DNA from: a virus
Taxonomy: Duplodnaviria; Caudoviricetes
Strand: one strand, 5' to 3'
Length of the DNA stretch: 64,000 nucleotides
Virus record (IMG/VR): IMGVR_UViG_2671180233_000001
Location: 21,041-85,040 of that record
A program made the translations under genes and the position numbers. The notes beneath the pieces are model-generated. The model was not told where the DNA came from, did no database searches, and saw nothing but the letters and a program-made list of their open reading frames with translations. Below, piece by piece: positions 18,663 through 28,008 of this stretch (the stretch's first letter is position 1; each line of letters begins with the position of its first letter).

Positions 18663-18971
18663 ATGGCTTATTTATTGTTCAATGAAACAGGAAAATCAGT
18701 AGGTGATGTTGGTATGAAATCTCAATGTACATCTGCAATTTTTAATTACCAGGTAATTGGCAGTGGAGCAGTTGTTGAGTTTTCTGGATCTAATGTGCCT
18801 TTGGATCAACTAGACATTGGCATTGAGGATCAATGGATCCCTATTTGCACAATTGAATCTGGTGTGGCTGATAGTGAACCTTTTAGGCAACATGTCTGGA
18901 ATTCTTTGCGCTATAAAGTAACCGCAGGTGCGGAAGTAGGAATTTATGTGACCAGCGGGGTTAGTGGGTAA
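18663..18971 (+). CDS. Hypothetical beta-rich virion protein
   Basis: 102-aa ORF with AGGA RBS. Confidence 0.55.
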   Translation: MAYLLFNETGKSVGDVGMKSQCTSAIFNYQVIGSGAVVEFSGSNVPLDQLDIGIEDQWIPICTIESGVADSEPFRQHVWNSLRYKVTAGAEVGIYVTSGVSG

Positions 18972-19089
18972 AATATCCAAGGAATATTTAGGAAATCAAG
19001 ATTCTGCACTCTAGTTTTTTTTAATTATTATAGTAATAATGTTAGTTACTTGACTTAATTTTAAGCAAAATTACTAGGGTGTATTTTAA

Positions 19090-20040
19090 ATGTCAAAAAA
19101 TCCTAAAATTGAAACAGCTTTTTATCTTGATAACTGGACATATGAAAATGGAGATATTAAAGATTTAATTGATAATTCAATCCACATAAAGGCTAATGAA
19201 TTTGAGTTGAGTATGAAAGGCAATATTTTTTGCCCATCATGTAAAACACCTTTATCAAGAGTTCCAACTGATGGAAATATACTTACAAATAATAGAAATG
19301 CATTTTTTAGACATTTACCGAGATTTAAAGATGTAAAATGTAGTCTTCGAACACCAGAGGGGAATGGGAAAAAATATAGTAATGAAGAACAAGCCAAAAA
19401 AGCTATCAATGATGGTGAGCTAATAATAATTTCAAAATTTATTTCTGAACCAGTGGAAAATAATTCAACTGATAAAACTAAACCCTATGATTTTGAGTTT
19501 ATTGAGGATGAGGAAGGTGAAATAACAGGTATTCCAATATCAAGACATCAAGGCGAAAAACTAAATTTACCGACTCGAATAATGTCTATTCAGGCACTTT
19601 GTGTAAATTTCGATAAAAAGTTGCACGCTTATATTTACTTTCCAAATATGCAAAAAGCATTAACATTAAAAGATACTTTAATCAATATTCAAGAATTAGA
19701 CGAACCCAGAATGAGGGAAATGGCTCAAGATATTGACCAGATACCTAGTTTATTTTACGGCAAGATCAAAATATCTAAATTTTTAAGAAACGCGAATGAT
19801 GATTACATAAGAATGACTTTTTTAGAAAAACATGACTCCATTATTCATTTTTCTCTAAAGATTAAATCTAAATTACAGGATCGTAGAGGAATTCGTGAAG
19901 GAGGGTGTTCAGGACGATTTGTACTTTTTTGGGGCACAATTAAAGAAAGTGGTGTTGGTTTCTCTGTTAGTCCATCTTGGGGTGAATTCGGTTTGCTTAG
20001 TGAAAAGTATAATAAGTTCTTATGTGATATTAATGAGTAA
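19090..20040 (+). CDS. AT-rich moron protein with N-terminal CoiA-like zinc finger
   Basis: FCPSC..PL...FFRH......C; no TGGAAC promoter upstream. Confidence 0.55.
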   Translation: MSKNPKIETAFYLDNWTYENGDIKDLIDNSIHIKANEFELSMKGNIFCPSCKTPLSRVPTDGNILTNNRNAFFRHLPRFKDVKCSLRTPEGNGKKYSNEEQAKKAINDGELIIISKFISEPVENNSTDKTKPYDFEFIEDEEGEITGIPISRHQGEKLNLPTRIMSIQALCVNFDKKLHAYIYFPNMQKALTLKDTLINIQELDEPRMREMAQDIDQIPSLFYGKIKISKFLRNANDDYIRMTFLEKHDSIIHFSLKIKSKLQDRRGIREGGCSGRFVLFWGTIKESGVGFSVSPSWGEFGLLSEKYNKFLCDINE

Positions 20041-20066
20041 CTGAACATACACTTATTTTTTTATTT

Positions 20067-20107
20067 TGGAACCCACCATAAAACCCTATTTTTGCTTATG
20101 TAAAGAT
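20067..20107 (+). promoter_or_regulatory. Putative phage late promoter
   Basis: TGGAAC-N29-AAAGAT. Confidence 0.7.
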
Positions 20108-20144
20108 GCTCCCAATGAAGATTTTCTTTACATAGGTAAAAGAC

Positions 20145-21917
20145 ATGGGTGCATTAAGCAACGAAGCACAACAACATTTTGACGCACAATCTCAGGCAAT
20201 TGCAACTTGTGCAAAATATTATTTTAGTAATGGTCAAGTCGCTGGTTTCGATAGTATCAGTGTAGAACCTTCAGCACGTCCCGAACCTTTGCAGGCAATT
20301 TTTGATAGCATTGAAGAAAAATACCAAGCCAAGATTGATGATGCTGTGCGCATGGGGATTGAAGCATATCAAAGCCGAAACGGTGGGGAGTTACCGCATC
20401 CGAGCGTGATTGCTTCGGCCTTGAGTGCTGGTAAAAGTGTTGCGGAAGGAAAATATAATCAAGCTATGTTCGATGGCTTGGCACAATTTGATGATATCTC
20501 CAATGGCTCTTATGAACAGGCTGCTGTAGTTCCGGCTATGACTGTAGTGACCATTGCCAATGTCATTGCGAATTCCTTACCAATTGTCGCGATGTTGCCA
20601 AACCCAACCAATTCTGTTCGTGTCCCTGTAGTTGCTGTTCGGTATATGACTGACTCAGCTTTTGGTGCAATGGCACAAGGTGACTATCTGGATGGTGCCA
20701 ACGCAGCTCTACCATACGCCGAAGGACGTTTTGCTTTTGCATTGACTGCTGAAAGTGCTACTCCTAATGTTTATGCGGTGACTGCTCGGACTACATACGA
20801 GGATTTTACTGCAAAAACTCCGAATGAAAATGGTGATTTACTGCCATTTCTTTCAGGCAATGTTTCATTGCGAGTAAATGGTCGTGAATTAGCGCATACC
20901 CGTGGTGATCAAAATCTTTCAGTTGCTAAAGGTTCAGTCAGTGCAACGATCAAACGTCCAGAAATTGAAATTGCTGGTACTACTTTTACATTGAATGCTG
21001 TATCAGTAAATATTGACACACGTACTATTACTGCAACTTTTGATCAGGCATTACCGGCAAATACAGCAATTGAAGTGCATTTGGTTGCAGATTTTGATGC
21101 AAAAGATGGTAGTAAAAAGCATTTGCTGAATCCAGTTGGTGTATCGCTAGAACCAGAATATGACTTAATTCAGTCTGTACCGGTCGTTAACCACATTAAT
21201 GTTTCTTATAACACCAATAATCAGATGGCCAATGAATTAGGTGTTGGTTTTGTGGGTGCGGCATTGGCCGCGATGCAAGGTAAATATTTCCTGGAACAAA
21301 ATGTACGCCTATTGAAAGAAGCAAAAGACCGTGCGAAATATACCAGTGGCGACGGTGCTGCAAAGCGTATCTTCACTTTTGATGCTTCACGCGGGGCTAC
21401 CGGTAATTTAACTGCTGCAATGAATACTACGGCAGATCTTATTCGTGAAATCCTGAAATTCATTCAGTTTGCAAAATTAAAGATTCGTCAGGCCTCCGGT
21501 GGCGCAACTGTCCGATTTGGCCTTTATGTTGGTGATTTGGGGGCTGTATTCTTTAATCAGCTTGATTCAAGCGTATTCACCAAAACTGGTGCTACTGCAT
21601 CATGGGGTGAGATCGTGCGAATCGGTACACTGAATGATGGTACCGATGTTTATCACACACCGACTGCTCAGGGGGTTGTCATTGAAGGTGTGAATGCTGC
21701 CGAAATTATGCTGGTAGGGAATGGTAATGAACCTGCACGTAATCCAATGGTTGGGACCATTACTCAGCCACCAATTTTCCGTGAAGCTAAACCGGATACA
21801 CGGGATATTCAGTTCGGCCTACATGCACAAATGGCTGCGGAATTAAATCCACTTGAGCGATATGCAGATCAAGTGGCACTAATCGAAATGATTAACCTGC
21901 CAGCCCTTGGTGCGTAA
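20145..21917 (+). CDS. Major capsid protein (P1 gp23-like)
   Basis: 590 aa, Ala/Gly-rich, followed by a terminator; N-terminal region rich in FD motifs; RIGTL.DGTDVYH pattern. Confidence 0.75.
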   Translation: MGALSNEAQQHFDAQSQAIATCAKYYFSNGQVAGFDSISVEPSARPEPLQAIFDSIEEKYQAKIDDAVRMGIEAYQSRNGGELPHPSVIASALSAGKSVAEGKYNQAMFDGLAQFDDISNGSYEQAAVVPAMTVVTIANVIANSLPIVAMLPNPTNSVRVPVVAVRYMTDSAFGAMAQGDYLDGANAALPYAEGRFAFALTAESATPNVYAVTARTTYEDFTAKTPNENGDLLPFLSGNVSLRVNGRELAHTRGDQNLSVAKGSVSATIKRPEIEIAGTTFTLNAVSVNIDTRTITATFDQALPANTAIEVHLVADFDAKDGSKKHLLNPVGVSLEPEYDLIQSVPVVNHINVSYNTNNQMANELGVGFVGAALAAMQGKYFLEQNVRLLKEAKDRAKYTSGDGAAKRIFTFDASRGATGNLTAAMNTTADLIREILKFIQFAKLKIRQASGGATVRFGLYVGDLGAVFFNQLDSSVFTKTGATASWGEIVRIGTLNDGTDVYHTPTAQGVVIEGVNAAEIMLVGNGNEPARNPMVGTITQPPIFREAKPDTRDIQFGLHAQMAAELNPLERYADQVALIEMINLPALGA

Positions 21918-21931
21918 TCACTGGAACATAG

Positions 21932-21958
21932 AAAAGGCGTAGTTTTACGCCTTTTTTT
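21932..21958 (+). terminator. Rho-independent terminator
   Basis: AAAAGGCGTA-gttt-TACGCCTTTTTTT. Confidence 0.75.
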
Positions 21959-21979
21959 ATAAAATTTGAGGATATTCTA

Positions 21980-22546
21980 ATGACTGAAAACACAGAAACC
22001 CTAAATGATCCCGTTGCCACTTCAACCCTTTCAGATGAAAATCTAACAGGACAGCCGGAGGATAAAGCAGATGAAAGTTCAAATGATGCAGCAACAAATG
22101 GATCTGATAGCCTTGTTGTAGCTGATGAAACCAACCAATCCGAAGATACCTCCCCATCGAATTCGACAACAGCTGAAGCAGCAAATTCGATTGATATGAA
22201 AGCGGTAAGTGCTGAAAAAACAACTACGAAGCGTAAATACACAAAAAAAGAAACAAGTAAGACTACTACAGATAAAACAGCTTTAACGACCTCTAAACCA
22301 ACTGAAAATATTGTTGAAGTAGTTCCGCAAGACGAAATTAAACAGGATACCACTGTAACAAAATCGTCAGATCTTAGTATTAAGGTAACCAATTCTGGAT
22401 CAATGACAGTTGTTGAACCCATGACGTGTACTTCAATTAAGCCGGGTGAAACAGTCACAATTGAAGCGAATAGTCGTACTTATTATGATCAGATACGAAA
22501 AAATCTTGCACAATTGCAAGCCTTTGGTCGTAAATTGGAGTTTTAA
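21980..22546 (+). CDS. Putative capsid-associated protein with low-complexity N-terminus
   Basis: S/T/E-rich N-terminus; C-terminal ~50-aa module similar to the N-terminus of the next gene. Confidence 0.55.
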   Translation: MTENTETLNDPVATSTLSDENLTGQPEDKADESSNDAATNGSDSLVVADETNQSEDTSPSNSTTAEAANSIDMKAVSAEKTTTKRKYTKKETSKTTTDKTALTTSKPTENIVEVVPQDEIKQDTTVTKSSDLSIKVTNSGSMTVVEPMTCTSIKPGETVTIEANSRTYYDQIRKNLAQLQAFGRKLEF

Positions 22547-22549
22547 TTC

Positions 22550-23458
22550 ATGACAATTGCAATTAATGGTACCAATGCATTTACTGATTTATTAGGTGAT
22601 GAAGCTACTGAATATGTGCTGAAGCTTGGTAATTTAGCTTCTCGTGACATTTTAGAACCTTTAACCGGTTTAGTGGTAGGGGCTTTGGGCCAAGTTGAAT
22701 TTACATTAACTGGGCGTTTGGCTTATGAGCAACTACTAAAAAATATTGCACAAATTAATCATCTACATGGATTTTCAGCTCTTAAACTCTCAGATGTGGT
22801 CGATGTATTTAATATTATCACTAAGTTTTCGATTGAATCAGAATTTTCGAATCTTGACTACCGAAGTGTTTATCATCTTAATCCAGGTGATACGTTAAAT
22901 TGTATAGTCCGTCCAGATAGTGGGCTAACGCGGCCAGTGCAAATTAAATTTGTTGAACCAGTATCTACAGGCTTGGTAGATTCCCTTGTAAATACAAATT
23001 TTACTTTACAGCCCGGTCAGGATCTTGTTATTCCTTTTAATATCAAGGAAGACATACCTGAGGGGGACAAAGCTATTTCAATAGTAGTGATGCGCTCGAA
23101 TGATGAATATGGACAAGTTGCACCATTGGGAACAACCCGCGGATTTACAGTACACTCCCCAGCTATTGTACCCGCTGAACCCATTTTGAATGGCGCGCCT
23201 CAAATGAGTCAGGTGGCAGTAGCATCATATGGCATCAATGTCGTATGGTCCAATATGCCAAATAATTATCATTTTAAATCCATTAAATGGACAGTTGATA
23301 ATCCAAATTTTGAAATTTCAATTGTTGACCAAAATAATTTAAGTTCTATCAAAGCATCTCTTAAAGCAGGTAGTGAAGTTGATGTTGGAGAGATTATAAC
23401 CATTACACTAGAAGCAGATGAATATACCATCAAAGCTTCAACGGAAGTTATGTCATAG
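22550..23458 (+). CDS. Putative head decoration protein with beta-sandwich/Ig-like domains
   Basis: Shares EPxT...YxQ..KN.AQ module with the previous gene; beta-rich C-terminus. Confidence 0.5.
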   Translation: MTIAINGTNAFTDLLGDEATEYVLKLGNLASRDILEPLTGLVVGALGQVEFTLTGRLAYEQLLKNIAQINHLHGFSALKLSDVVDVFNIITKFSIESEFSNLDYRSVYHLNPGDTLNCIVRPDSGLTRPVQIKFVEPVSTGLVDSLVNTNFTLQPGQDLVIPFNIKEDIPEGDKAISIVVMRSNDEYGQVAPLGTTRGFTVHSPAIVPAEPILNGAPQMSQVAVASYGINVVWSNMPNNYHFKSIKWTVDNPNFEISIVDQNNLSSIKASLKAGSEVDVGEIITITLEADEYTIKASTEVMS

Positions 23459-23484
23459 CCGACCGTCAAGTTAATTACTCCTAT

Positions 23485-23510
23485 TAGGCTGCATGGTGCA
23501 GCCTACTTTT
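23485..23510 (+). terminator. Rho-independent terminator
   Basis: TAGGCTGCA-tgg-TGCAGCCTA followed by a T-run. Confidence 0.7.
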
Positions 23511-23551
23511 TGGAACATACGGTAAATACCCAAAAAAGTATTTGCCACAAT
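23511..23551 (+). promoter_or_regulatory. Putative phage late promoter
   Basis: TGGAAC-N29-CACAAT. Confidence 0.75.
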
Positions 23552-23638
23552 ACATATATCAATGATGTTTGGTGGCAATCCAATGATCGAAAAAAGCAAA
23601 TGTGAAGTTGTCCTTACCTCGTCACAAGGGGGTAATCT

Positions 23639-24946
23639 ATGACAGCAGTCGCAGTAAATCTAAATTCCAGTGGTCAAATCAGTTTAGGAAATACTGAAGG
23701 TGCTGCATTCGGAATTGACTATGATCTATACAATTATCTAGGTTCAGAAGTTGCATTAAAAATTCAGTTTTTCGGAAAAGTGGCCAATCCGACAAAAGGA
23801 AGCCAAATTGTTTGTCGATTAACATGGATTGATACACTGGCTGGTGATGAAATATATCAAGTACAAGGTAATTTAAGCTGGAATGAAGAGGATAACTCAT
23901 CACTCTGGAATGTTGCTGGAGCTAAAAATATTTTCAAATCATTTGAACTGGTTTATGGCAACAATAGTTACAGTAATATGATCGCAGCCATACTCCTAAG
24001 TGATGCGTACAATTCCGTTAACAGCTTAGGCCGAAATTCTATTCAATTGGTCCTTATTGAAGATCAACCACCTGGTTTTGATGCAGATACACTTTATAAA
24101 ACTTTGATTTCTCTTGATCAGCGTCCAAGTGATATTGGCCTGAATGGTCTTGATTATTTGGAAGTATATTCTGCTTTATATCGTGTGATAGATAATCTTA
24201 ATATTCCATTGATAGTCGAACTGGATCCTACTTTAGATCAGGATGTCGCCATAAGTTTGGCTCAATCACTTGATGCACAAGATCATCGAGTACAACTGAT
24301 CTGGTCACCCAACACATGCCGTCCACGTGATGCAAGTTCATTAAGAGGACGTCAAAAGCCTTGTTATGTATTGGGCCATTATTTGGGCTTGAAAGCTTTA
24401 CGCAATGTGAAAACTACTGCTCAATCCATTCCGATGATTGCCGACCCAGTTGCTGGTGAACCTTATCCGTTTAAATTAAAGGCAATGACCCCACGAGATG
24501 ATGTGATTTTTGATGAAGAAACCATCGAGGCACTAGCAGAAGCAAAAATCAATGTCGTGCGACGTATCAATTATGATACTGGTATCCAATTCGTGATGAG
24601 TGATGTACTTACTCAATATGTTAGTGAAACCAGCGCCTTACGTGTCGTAAATGCGGCAGAAATTGCCTGCTATACAACTAATCGTGTGACTGAAATTCTA
24701 AAACGTCATATGTTGAAAAAAACAACATCTTTTCTCGAAGATGCCGGTCGGGATATTACCAAATTTTTAAATGCCTGTTATAGCGCAGGGTTAATCGTGG
24801 ATGCAGAGGATCTAGGTTACCAGCCATATCAATTCAGTCTGGTACCGGACGAATCAAAACCATTTGAACGAGTTCGTTTATATCTTGCACGCCGCCCTGA
24901 AGGTGCTGTGCGTTCAGTCATTTTTGATGATGTCATTACTAAATAG
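23639..24946 (+). CDS. Tail sheath protein, apparently lacking the N-terminal module
   Basis: Sheath C-terminal motifs EALAEAKINVV, DVLTQ....SALR.VN and RRPEGAVR. Confidence 0.75.
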   Translation: MTAVAVNLNSSGQISLGNTEGAAFGIDYDLYNYLGSEVALKIQFFGKVANPTKGSQIVCRLTWIDTLAGDEIYQVQGNLSWNEEDNSSLWNVAGAKNIFKSFELVYGNNSYSNMIAAILLSDAYNSVNSLGRNSIQLVLIEDQPPGFDADTLYKTLISLDQRPSDIGLNGLDYLEVYSALYRVIDNLNIPLIVELDPTLDQDVAISLAQSLDAQDHRVQLIWSPNTCRPRDASSLRGRQKPCYVLGHYLGLKALRNVKTTAQSIPMIADPVAGEPYPFKLKAMTPRDDVIFDEETIEALAEAKINVVRRINYDTGIQFVMSDVLTQYVSETSALRVVNAAEIACYTTNRVTEILKRHMLKKTTSFLEDAGRDITKFLNACYSAGLIVDAEDLGYQPYQFSLVPDESKPFERVRLYLARRPEGAVRSVIFDDVITK

Positions 24947-24958
24947 AGGAAAATAACC

Positions 24959-25747
24959 ATGAATGGTTTTGGTAGTTTACAACGTGTAAAAGGGTCATTT
25001 GCTTTATTTGACGGTGCTACAGCAGCTGAATTTGAAGATGCTGCCAAGCAATTAAGTACCAGTGAAGTTCGTGAGGCACAATCTATCATTGAACACGCCC
25101 GTTCTCTTGGTTTAGGCATTGTTTCGACTTTAATTGCAGATTTAAGTGCCGGTGATTTAGGTGATCAACTTCCTTCTGATTATCTGGATGGACTTTTGGT
25201 TGAGGCAGTAGATGATGCTGACGATGATGATAATGTTTTATTTGATTTGGTCGTAGGTGCAGTTCAAGATGCTTTTGAAAGCCTGGGTGTTGATGAGACA
25301 ACGATTGCTCAAATGTTTAGTGACGATGTGACTGTAGCAGATGCAGCGATTGAAGCAGGTTCTGAATCTGCATTGGCTAATTTGCCAGATGATGGTGAGC
25401 CACTTGATGCATTTATCAGCGATTTTGTTTACGGGGAACCATATGAAGGTGAAGCCGGTTTCGATGCTGCATTATCTTCAAGTCAAATGAAACAAAAAGG
25501 TAAGGCGCGGGTAGGTAGTTTTGCAGCACGTAAAGTACATGGTAAAAAAGTGGTCTACAAAGGTGCTTGGGCTATTCGCAAAGGCCGTAAGGTTATAGTA
25601 AATAAACGTTTACCTAACCAGACTGTTCGCTTAACAGCAAAACAAAAAGTTGCAGTGAAAAAAGCAGGTTTAAAAGCCCGCACAGCCAATGCAATCAAAT
25701 TACGTGTCAAATCATTTAAAAAAGGTCGGAAATTGGGATTATATTGA
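24959..25747 (+). CDS. Putative prohead core/scaffold protein
   Basis: Very acidic N-terminal two-thirds, very basic C-terminus (RLTAKQKVAVKKA..KARTANA); FD motifs. Confidence 0.55.
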   Translation: MNGFGSLQRVKGSFALFDGATAAEFEDAAKQLSTSEVREAQSIIEHARSLGLGIVSTLIADLSAGDLGDQLPSDYLDGLLVEAVDDADDDDNVLFDLVVGAVQDAFESLGVDETTIAQMFSDDVTVADAAIEAGSESALANLPDDGEPLDAFISDFVYGEPYEGEAGFDAALSSSQMKQKGKARVGSFAARKVHGKKVVYKGAWAIRKGRKVIVNKRLPNQTVRLTAKQKVAVKKAGLKARTANAIKLRVKSFKKGRKLGLY

Positions 25748-25770
25748 TCCTGATTTTTTGGATGATTGAT

Positions 25771-25797
25771 AAAAAGATCGCTTAGGCGGTCTTTTTG
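25771..25797 (+). terminator. Rho-independent terminator
   Basis: AAAAAGATCGC-ttag-GCGGTCTTTTT. Confidence 0.7.
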
Positions 25798-25909
25798 TCT
25801 AGATATTAGTTTTGAGTATTTATTTACATTGTAACAATATGTTGTAAATATTGTTTAAATTGTAATTATAATGTTTATTAGTAAAACAATAATCAAAAGG
25901 AGTTTTGAA

Positions 25910-26548
25910 ATGAAAAATGAAATATTAAGTACATGCTTAGTGACTTTGTGTTTGAGTGGCTGTATGTCGTCCCAAATTAATAGAAATTATAAAGAAACTC
26001 GTCAAGACATAAGCGTTGAGGATGCTTTACCTCAAATTGCAATTGGTATTGCTAACATGAAAAAAAACTTAGATGCTGAAAGTGTAAAGGCAGGGGTTTA
26101 TGTTGATGATATTCAGTTAGAAATTAATTTGAGTGCTAATGCATCTAAAGATGGAAAGTTGGGTATAGCGGCAGATCCACTGAGTCTAAAATCATTATCT
26201 AAAAGTGTTTTTTCATTTGATGCATCTCAAGATACGAAAATTGAGGATCTAAGAGGTAGCAAGTTAGTCATCAAATTCAAAAGTGCTAATCAATATAATT
26301 TGGAGTATCTTGAGAAATTAAAAGGGCTTGCTAGTATTAATACTGCTAAGCAATCTAATGAATCAACCAATCAAAATACTGAACCAGACAAGAAACAAGC
26401 AACAGCATCGGCCTCAAATTCTGGCTTCAATATAAATTCTGAGACTATAAATAGGATTATTGATGAAAAAGCGGTACCTAGTAATGTGATGAATGTAATA
26501 AATTCACCTATATTCAAAATAAATACGGACGTCACTAAAACAGATTGA
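25910..26548 (+). CDS. Lipoprotein moron with Trypco2-like segment
   Basis: AAAGGAG RBS before ATG 25910; lipobox LSGC; DDIQLEINLSA..SKDGKLGI. Confidence 0.6.
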   Translation: MKNEILSTCLVTLCLSGCMSSQINRNYKETRQDISVEDALPQIAIGIANMKKNLDAESVKAGVYVDDIQLEINLSANASKDGKLGIAADPLSLKSLSKSVFSFDASQDTKIEDLRGSKLVIKFKSANQYNLEYLEKLKGLASINTAKQSNESTNQNTEPDKKQATASASNSGFNINSETINRIIDEKAVPSNVMNVINSPIFKINTDVTKTD

Positions 26549-26593
26549 ATTCGTGGCTCTAAGGTTTGTTTACGTATTTACTTTGTCTAGTGA

Positions 26594-26727
26594 GAGAAAC
26601 CTATTTATGATAGAGAGATTACACAACCGGAAATAGATTTACAGCCACAGTTTCCTTATTTGTTACAAGGGAAATATTTTAAACTATGACTTGGCCACCT
26701 TAGGGTGGCATTTTTATTTCTGGAACC
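26594..26727 (+). repeat. Copy 1 of a 134-bp repeat (Rha gene 3' end, terminator, TGGAAC)
   Basis: Colinear, gap-free similarity to 52302-52435. Confidence 0.85.
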
Positions 26728-26761
26728 TATAAAAATTTCACTATTTTCTATCAGCCAAAAT
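26721..26761 (+). promoter_or_regulatory. Putative phage late promoter
   Basis: TGGAAC-N29-CAAAAT. Confidence 0.75.
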
Positions 26762-26792
26762 AACTAGATTGAAATCAATTGGTATTTGTGTG

Positions 26793-27317
26793 ATGGCAAC
26801 TCAACTTAATTTAGCGACATTGGCTGTAACAGATCCATATATTCAAAAAATTAAAAATGCACTTGCATCTACGACTGGTCAGGAAATCCCAATTATCAAC
26901 TTAGAAAAAGTCAAGCGGGTATCTGGTGTAAGTGCAGTACCGGTAGAATTTATTTTTGCCGGTGGCCAAGCCTTAAAATTATTCATTCGGGCTGGTGCGG
27001 ACGTTTTCAAAGCAGAATTGAATGGTAAATCAATCGTCTTGTCTGGGGATTTTTCCAATGATCTTAAAATGACTTTTGATAATGGTGTAAATGGTGTAGC
27101 CAAACTAATCCGTAACGGCCAAAAGAAATTTGAGATTTCACGGACCAAAGAAAAGGTAAAAATTCCAAGTACATCAAGTCCCTCTAAATCGCTCACAAGT
27201 TTACTTAAAGAGGTAACTGAACAAGAAAATTCACTTGATCAACAGATTGCAGATAGCACAACAGTTAGAGATCAATTGCTTGAACAAATCGAACAAGCAA
27301 AATTACTTTCAGCTTAG
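26793..27317 (+). CDS. Hdf-like protein (DarA N-terminal domain plus coiled coil)
   Basis: KVKRVSGVSAVPVEFIFAGGQ.L.L resembles the KPFKRKNVVNVAVSYNMADGQSL segment of the DarA-like gene; ATG 26793. Confidence 0.65.
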   Translation: MATQLNLATLAVTDPYIQKIKNALASTTGQEIPIINLEKVKRVSGVSAVPVEFIFAGGQALKLFIRAGADVFKAELNGKSIVLSGDFSNDLKMTFDNGVNGVAKLIRNGQKKFEISRTKEKVKIPSTSSPSKSLTSLLKEVTEQENSLDQQIADSTTVRDQLLEQIEQAKLLSA

Positions 27318-27325
27318 GAGCGATT

Positions 27326-27676
27326 ATGGTTCTTATCCTAGATGTAATATTGGTTGGATTCGTGACATTGCTGGCATTTTTATCTGGTTATTGGGCTAAC
27401 AAGCATAAAACCATGATTCATACATTAAATTCGCATCCCTTTTTACCTATCGTTTTAAAAAAAATTATGGTGCTTTTGGCATGGGTTTTAGCATTTGTAA
27501 CTTTACTTATCTTGATTTCAGCTTGGCGACTTATGCAGGTCATTATTGATCTTGGGGGATATGGGGTCAGTGCATGGACTCTGGTGATTCTATATTTTCT
27601 GTTTTGCATCTGGTTTATTTACATTGCGATAGGGTACCGACTACTGCACGCTGCCAAAATGAGATTCTATCCATGA
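27326..27676 (+). CDS. Small membrane protein (about 3 TM)
   Basis: AGGAG RBS; hydrophobic segments. Confidence 0.6.
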   Translation: MVLILDVILVGFVTLLAFLSGYWANKHKTMIHTLNSHPFLPIVLKKIMVLLAWVLAFVTLLILISAWRLMQVIIDLGGYGVSAWTLVILYFLFCIWFIYIAIGYRLLHAAKMRFYP

Positions 27677-28008
27677 TTGTAACCAGTGATGTTATTGCCA
27701 TGATCGAGCACTGGTTATTTACACCACCCAATGGCTATTTTGGATCAAGTTATGGTGCAGATTTGAATGGTTTGTTGTTACGACCTTTAAACTCGACGGT
27801 AGCGGATGAGTTTATTGCAAAGATGAAAACAGATATTCCAATTTTAGCAGGGTTAGATAGTAGTCAATTGGCATTGTATAGCACTGCTGAAGGATTTGAA
27901 AAACGCATTATTGTTCTGAGCGTTGGAACAATCACAATTAATTTAAACAATGTTCAAAATCAGTTATTGAGTGAACAAGGGGAAACATACGATGCTAACG
28001 CAAGCTGA
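27673..28008 (+). CDS. Baseplate wedge protein, gp25/W-like
   Basis: ATGA overlap at 27673; HWLFTP.NGYFGSSYGADL..LL motif. Confidence 0.6.
   Translation: MIVTSDVIAMIEHWLFTPPNGYFGSSYGADLNGLLLRPLNSTVADEFIAKMKTDIPILAGLDSSQLALYSTAEGFEKRIIVLSVGTITINLNNVQNQLLSEQGETYDANAS

Noticed and set aside
21922-21965. TGGAAC after the capsid gene as a canonical late promoter
   Set aside because: The nearest good -10 (TAAAAT) is 32 nt away and a terminator intervenes; not counted, though it could be a variant
27924-27964. Intragenic TGGAAC before the baseplate J gene
   Set aside because: The hexamer at N29 is ATCAGT, which does not fit; probably chance
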